64,000 nucleotides of DNA from Gekko japonicus (taxonomy: Eukaryota): the NCBI RefSeq assembly GCF_001447785.1, contig NW_015163101.1, positions 392,059 to 456,058 of the forward strand, read 5' to 3'. A program made the position numbers and the translations under genes. Position 1 is the first letter of the stretch. Every line of letters starts with the position of its first letter. Under the pieces are notes generated by a model. That model did no database searches. It saw only the letters and a program-made list of their open reading frames with translations, and was not told the DNA's origin. Of this stretch, positions 58,482-64,000 are shown piece by piece.

Positions 58482-61348
58482 TTAGATAGGCATATATATG
58501 AAGGCGGGTGTTCGAGTGCGATCATACACTCCAATCCCTGTTTCTTTTTACAGCCCACACTCCATGCTGCTTGGTGTTGTGTTCTCCTTGAAGTCAAGTG
58601 AAAGTCTAGCTTGGGGGGGTGTGTGTCTCCCATAAACCCCTTTACAGCACAAAACATATCAAAAATACTGGCACAATACAGCTCCTACAAAACACGGGTT
58701 TTTTACTCCACTTTGGCCTGTATCAAGGACCACTCCTGCACTGACATTTTTGCCACTCGTTTTTCCCCTATTGCTTTGGGTCATCTTTCCCACATGTGTT
58801 TTGCTCCTTCTGGGACTACTAGAGAGGGAGAAACACATGGGGGGGAGAGAAGCCCTGAAGCAATAGGGACAAGCCAGTGACTAAAGTGTCAGTGTGGGAT
58901 TGGTCAAGGTGTGCAGAGCCCCTACGAGAGATCTGGAGAGCCCTCTTCTGTCTCTTGCCTCCCACGTCTCCTCCTCCATCTTGGAGTCTCCTAGGACAAG
59001 AGGCACTCTGTCGGTTTTTGTGTGAAATATATTCCCTTGGTAAACATTCATTGTGGAATAAAACTAAATGACCCTGAACGGATGCCATTGCCAATGCAAG
59101 ACTAGGCGAGCTTTGAAGCTTCAACGCTTTCTCCAGAGGACTGTAATAGATCCCAAGATCTATTGGGCATTTCGGGGACTGGGACATTTGTGATTGCTGC
59201 CCCAGTGTGCAAGATGGCCCTGGCACAGGCTTGTATGAACTTGTACAGCTCAGTGTGTGGGTGTTACTGCTGAGGATGGCGATACCGGGGATGGTGGGGT
59301 TCTCGGTCCAAGTACCAGTGCACTTCCCCCCCATGCGTGTGGCAGATTTGTCGCTAACTATGTTTTCTGGCTTCCAGGCTTCTCATGCAGCCTTTTCACT
59401 CTTTATGCCCTTTCTAACTTTGGGTGGTGAAAGCATTCAGAAGAAAATACTGTTTCTCCCCCAGGTGGAATGTCTGCTTGGCTGGGAAGTTGCACTACAC
59501 CAGAGTTCTGTTGACTGTAGAGAAGGAAAGTGCTTAAAAAGATGCAGGTAGCTGCGGGTGAAGCATAGAAGGTCCAATTTTGCCGCAAGTGACAAGGTTG
59601 TACCTTTGGATAATTCAAAGTGTGAGCTCCCAGCCAAAGCCAAGGAGATACTGGAGTGGGTCCTGAGATTTGTGGGGTGGGGGGAGTGACTTCCCTCTTC
59701 CTTTTCATATAGGGTTTTGTGCAGAGAGAATTCTATGTGTGCAATAATTCCAAATCCTGTAATCTTTGAGATCTGAGGGATTTAGATTAGAAAATCAATA
59801 CTATGCTGATGAATGTGCGCGGATCTAATTACACTGTGTTTTTACTCCACTTTTCAGAAAAAATGGGCTCCCGACATAGTTTAAGGCCCATTAGAGAGAA
59901 ATGTCAGGTGACAGGGGTCTGTGGGGAGGGGGAGTTTGCAGCTCCCAGCTTCCTTCTGCCTTGCAGTTTTTGCCACGGCCTCTTTCCTCCTTGTGTGTTT
60001 TTTAATTAAAGCCGATCGCTGAGCTGCCATAAAGTGCATGCTCAATATTCTGAGGGCTGCAGAGAGATGCACAGGCCTGCCCCCCTCCCCGCAACACCAT
60101 AAGAAAGCCTCACCAAGTATCACAAGCATTTGCAATGACCGACCCGCGAGGCCCTTGAGAGGCAGGGGCAATTAGTTGCCTGGAGACTGGGGGTGGGGGT
60201 GAGGGGGGCCCAGGATGTGATGGTTTCTCAGAAGCTGAAATTTAGCAAGCTGTTACCCTAAATGCACAGCTGCTCGTGGGACAAGCAGCCATGCATCCCA
60301 CCCCTCCTCCCTATCACCTTGCAAAAACCGTGTCCTGCGGTGGCTGGATTCTGTGGCCCCGTTCCAGATCGTTGACTGGAGGCCTGTCTCGGCAGCCCTG
60401 GCCAACGCTGGGGGGAGGGGGACACGACTCTGTGGCCCACCAGCGGCAGTTGAGGCCATGAGGCATGTGACCAGGGCTGGGCTGGCGTGGAACCAGTAGG
60501 CCTAGTGGAAAGGTCAGGAGCAGGTCCTGCCCGGAAGTTGGCAGAGGAGGTCAGCAGAGGGGGGTTACCAGCGAGGGCAGGAGTACGAATGAAGAGGGCT
60601 GGAGGGAGAGCAGCAGGCAAGGAGACTGGAGGACGGACTGGCTGGCTGGCGGGGGGGGGGGGGGGGACCCGGGCGTGGGGGGGGGGGGGGGGGCTAGCAG
60701 AACTCCCAGAAGAGGCCAAACCTGGCTGTTGTCCGAAGCCTGACCCAGGCCCATTTCTAGCGAGGCTTGATCGGGAGGGGGGGGGGACTTGTGCCTCTAC
60801 TCCGCGGCTTCTAGTGGCTCACCAGGATGGCCATCCTGAGCTCAAATGCCACTCGGTCCTGATAGTAACCTGACAGATTTCCTTTCATGCTCTTTGGCAT
60901 TCTGTAGACCCCAGATGCGGCAAAGATGCCCAGCAAAGGCTGCAGTGGCCCAGTGGGTCCAAGCCCTGGCATCGTTGCTTTGGAGGAGCCGGAGAGGCTG
61001 AGTCCTTGGTGGGCAGGCAGGCACCTTGGGGGCTGGAGGGCTCTGAGTGTCTTCTTGGAGAGGAGGAGGGAGTCCTGCTGCGGAGGATGCCCCAGGATCT
61101 GCCTCTTCCTTTGCCATTGCTGCTGAGTATTTAGTTCTAAGTCATTGGTTTTCTTGGAGTCAAGACGCCTGGTCGTGCAGACTTAAGAAGCGCAGATTCT
61201 GGCAGAATGCGAACGACACCTCTGCAGAGTTGACTTGACGGGAATGCTTTCCCAGCTGATGCTGCTCCCAGGCTAAAGGGGACTAGGCCAAGGCGAACAC
61301 CCAGGCAGTTTCCTTCCTAGTGCGGGCCCTGCCCCAGCTGGTGGTCGC

Positions 61349-61556
61349 CAGTGTTCCCTCTAAGCTGAGTGAGTGTGAGCTAGCTCACAGTTCTTTAGCC
61401 TCCAGCTCACACATTTTTGTCTTGGCTCAGGAAGGATGGGGCTCCAGAGCAACCCAATTTACGCAGCAGCCAAATCTCCTGCTCACAACTTCAATGCCAG
61501 GAACTCACAAAGTAGAATTTTTGCTCACAAGACTCCACAGCCTAGAGGGAGCATTG
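61349..61556 (+). mobile_element. hAT-type MITE
   Basis: Same TIRs, perfect TSD GTGGTCGC. Confidence 0.9.
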
Positions 61557-61659
61557 GTGGTCGCGGTGTCCTTTCCTCATCACCAGAGGAGCTGTTCTTG
61601 GGCCTCTTGAGAGCCCTTGCCACCTAAACTTTTAACTTCCTGGCTGTCCCCAGTATATT

Positions 61660-61900
61660 TTTAAAAAGGCTATGCAAATTGTTGAGAGCGTTGCTGTCAG
61701 ATCAGTGTGATTGTCTGTGTCTGTGTTTGTGTGGGGGATCCCCTCAGTCACATTCTTCTTATATAACAGGCCTTGATCAAAAGGGATTAAGTGTAATGCA
61801 GATTTAAGATGTTTTCTCGGAAGCCGGTCTGGAGTGTTTGTTTCTGATGAGTGGGTGTCTTCCATCTGTTTCAAGAAATCCGGTTAATAAAAGGGCGGGG
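61660..61900. promoter_or_regulatory. Candidate enhancer-like unique sequence
   Basis: Octamer ATGCAAAT (61672) overlapping ATTGTT, plus GATCAAAAG and GGATTA (61784). Motif content only. Confidence 0.3.
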
Positions 61901-63197
61901 GGGGGACTGCAGTCAAGGAAACCACGAAGGTCAAGGTTCGGTGAAAGACTGCCAGTCAGGGCTGAAGGTTAAAGGAACTCACTTTAGCAGTGCTTGGAAA
62001 AGAAATCTGTAACATTTGCATTTCTACTGACAGCCAGCTATTTTGGGGTGTTTGGAAAGTACATCTTGCCGTGGCCTGATCTGCGAGGCTGAATGGCTCA
62101 GGCCCCCCCCCCCCCGCAGACACCCACACCCTCCCCAGAAGCTCCTCCTCCTCTCCTGTCTGGCCTCCTCCCTAATTACTGTTTGCTTGCTTTGTGAGTG
62201 CCGCGTCGCGGTGCAAAAGAACACTGGCCACAGACAAGACCCTGCACCGAGGAGCTCCCTAGCAGTAAAGCAGGTGATCCAGTTGGCTCTCCTCTAAGTA
62301 TCTCCTCCACCCCCATATGACAGCCCAGCAGCGTCATGGCAGGGAAAGTGTTCTTGGTGGCAGCAGTGGAGGATGCCCAGGATGAGAAGGGAAATGGCCT
62401 GCCCCCGCCCCTGTGCCTGAAGCAGAGCCTGACCTGCAGAAATGGGCATGGGAAGACCCTTTTCACCACATGAAGACAGACATCATTCGCAGTCTGCTCT
62501 GAGATGCACGTCCATCCACTCCAGGTGTTTGTGGATCTCCCTGCTTAGCTCAGACCTTGCCTGCTTCTAGCAGAGCTGTAAATACATAGTTTTGTAGGCC
62601 GGCAGAGCAGTGGGAATATGAGCATTATGGCTTGTGGAAGTGTGACAGCTTCTGTGGCTCTCCTGGGCTCCTGAATTCAGGGGGGGGGGGAGAGAGGGCA
62701 TGAAAGCTGAAGAAATAGTTACCTGAACTGGAAGGTGCACTTTTGGCCAGATGGTCAGGCCAGACCTAACATAATCCCTTCTGGCCAGCTCAGCTTCCAG
62801 TGCAGCAATTACAGCAAAGGTAACTTTGCTCTCTGTAAAGCTGCTCCAAGCTTGGTAGTAAAAGGGCTGGCTCAGATAATTGTACTCTTGTCCCATCATA
62901 GTAAGGCCCTCCTAAATAGTCAGATGCATTACAGTAAGATGAGCTGTTAACCTCCATCCCACCAGGTTCAGCTGAGGTGAGGTAAAGCTTATCCAGCAAG
63001 CAAAGCCCCTCCAAATGGATGGTACAAACAAAATGTGTGTACATAATATGAAATGCCACAGGTCACATCGCATTCCATGCTACAATTATACAACAATTAA
63101 AAAGCAGGAAATAATGTGCATGCAAAGCAGAAGACAAGGAAGAGAGCCAGACTGTAGGTCGATTAATATATATGTGGGTCAAGAAACTGAGCATGGT

Positions 63198-63528
63198 GAA
63201 AATACATACCCATTTTACAGGTACAGGACAGTAACGCTGAGTCTTGCCCAGTCAGTGAAACTTTGCCAGGGAACTTCAGGAAGAAGCCCCCCTTTTCTCA
63301 CTAGGACAGAAAATACATACCCATTTTACAGGTACAGGACAGTAACACTGAGTCTTGCCCAGTCAGTGAAACTGTGCCAGGGAACTTCAGGAAGAAGCCC
63401 CCCTTTTCTCACTAGGACAGAAAATACATACCCATTTTACTGGTACAGGACAGTAACACTGAGTCTTGCCCAGTCAGTGAAACTTTGCCAGGGAACTTCA
63501 GGAAGAAGCCCCCCTTTTCTCACTAGGA
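63198..63528. repeat. Tandem repeat, 3 x 111 bp
   Basis: GAAAATACATACCC starts at 63198, 63309 and 63420. Confidence 0.95.
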
Positions 63529-63629
63529 GTCCTCTTTTTCGACAGAAAGCACCTTCTGGAGATGCACACTCATTTGTTCACTCACACAGACAGGACAGAT
63601 GCATATAGTTTCATGAGACTAGGCAGGAT

Positions 63630-64000
63630 TAGAGATGTAAAATTTCCAGAAATTTTGAAGCTCGGAAAAAAAACCGGTTTTCCCCCATTTTTTTGGGGGG
63701 GGGGGAACGGAAATTTTTGGAAAAATTGAAAAAAATGCTACATTAGCATTTCTTTTGTCTTTTCTAGTTTGAAAGTCATTCTGTTACTTTAGGAACATAA
63801 AATATGACTGGACATTTTTACTTGGCATGAAATTATCACAACTAGCATATTAAAAATATAGTGTATCTAAACAGTTATTACAGAATACCCACCCACATGC
63901 AAAAACAAAACTGAAACTTTTTTATTTTCTTCTGACAAACGCACCTCCTAAAGGAAGAAATGCATCTTGTTCTTGCATTGGATAGTTCAGTTTGTAACCT
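63630..64000. mobile_element. Possible hAT element left end
   Basis: TAGAGATGTAAAATTTCC start with repeated GGAAA/TTTCC subterminal motifs. The other end lies outside the window. Confidence 0.4.

Noticed and set aside
60640-60790. G-quadruplex / poly-G cluster as a functional element
   Set aside because: Long G and C homopolymers occur throughout the window (e.g. 31058, 31240, 35871), so nothing specific supports a function here.
63198-63528. CRISPR-like array
   Set aside because: Units are contiguous 111-bp copies with no unique spacers, there are no cas genes, and the DNA is eukaryotic.

Overview
Vertebrate, not prokaryotic, DNA. The repeat content (Sauria-type SINEs, a gecko-type tRNA SINE, squamate CR1 tails) points to a squamate reptile, probably a gecko. 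I recognise no host protein-coding exon, so the window looks like a large intron or intergenic region. It is filled with SINEs, CR1/L2/L1 LINE fragments, hAT- and Harbinger-like MITEs, probable LTRs and Penelope-like remnants, and it has two N gaps. The only recognisable protein homologies are decayed transposon ORFs: a 5'-truncated DIRS tyrosine-recombinase retrotransposon (about 45.8-50.1 kb, with an intact ICR and right end and a nested L1), and L1, CR1 and L2 ORF2 pieces. The most unusual structures are: (1) an L1 insertion whose 5' junction carries a fold-back copy of its own target flank (18.6-21.2 kb); (2) a ~290-bp hairpin containing a degenerate hammerhead-ribozyme fold (12.1-12.4 kb); (3) a possible chimeric SINE (39.0-39.65 kb, with a relative at 16.7-17.0 kb); (4) a near-perfect 388-bp duplication of an enhancer-like sequence (32.9 and 34.0 kb); (5) an inverted pair of CpG-rich MITEs (57.2-58.5 kb). 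Family names come from recalled consensus features, not from database searches, and repeat boundaries without a TSD are approximate.
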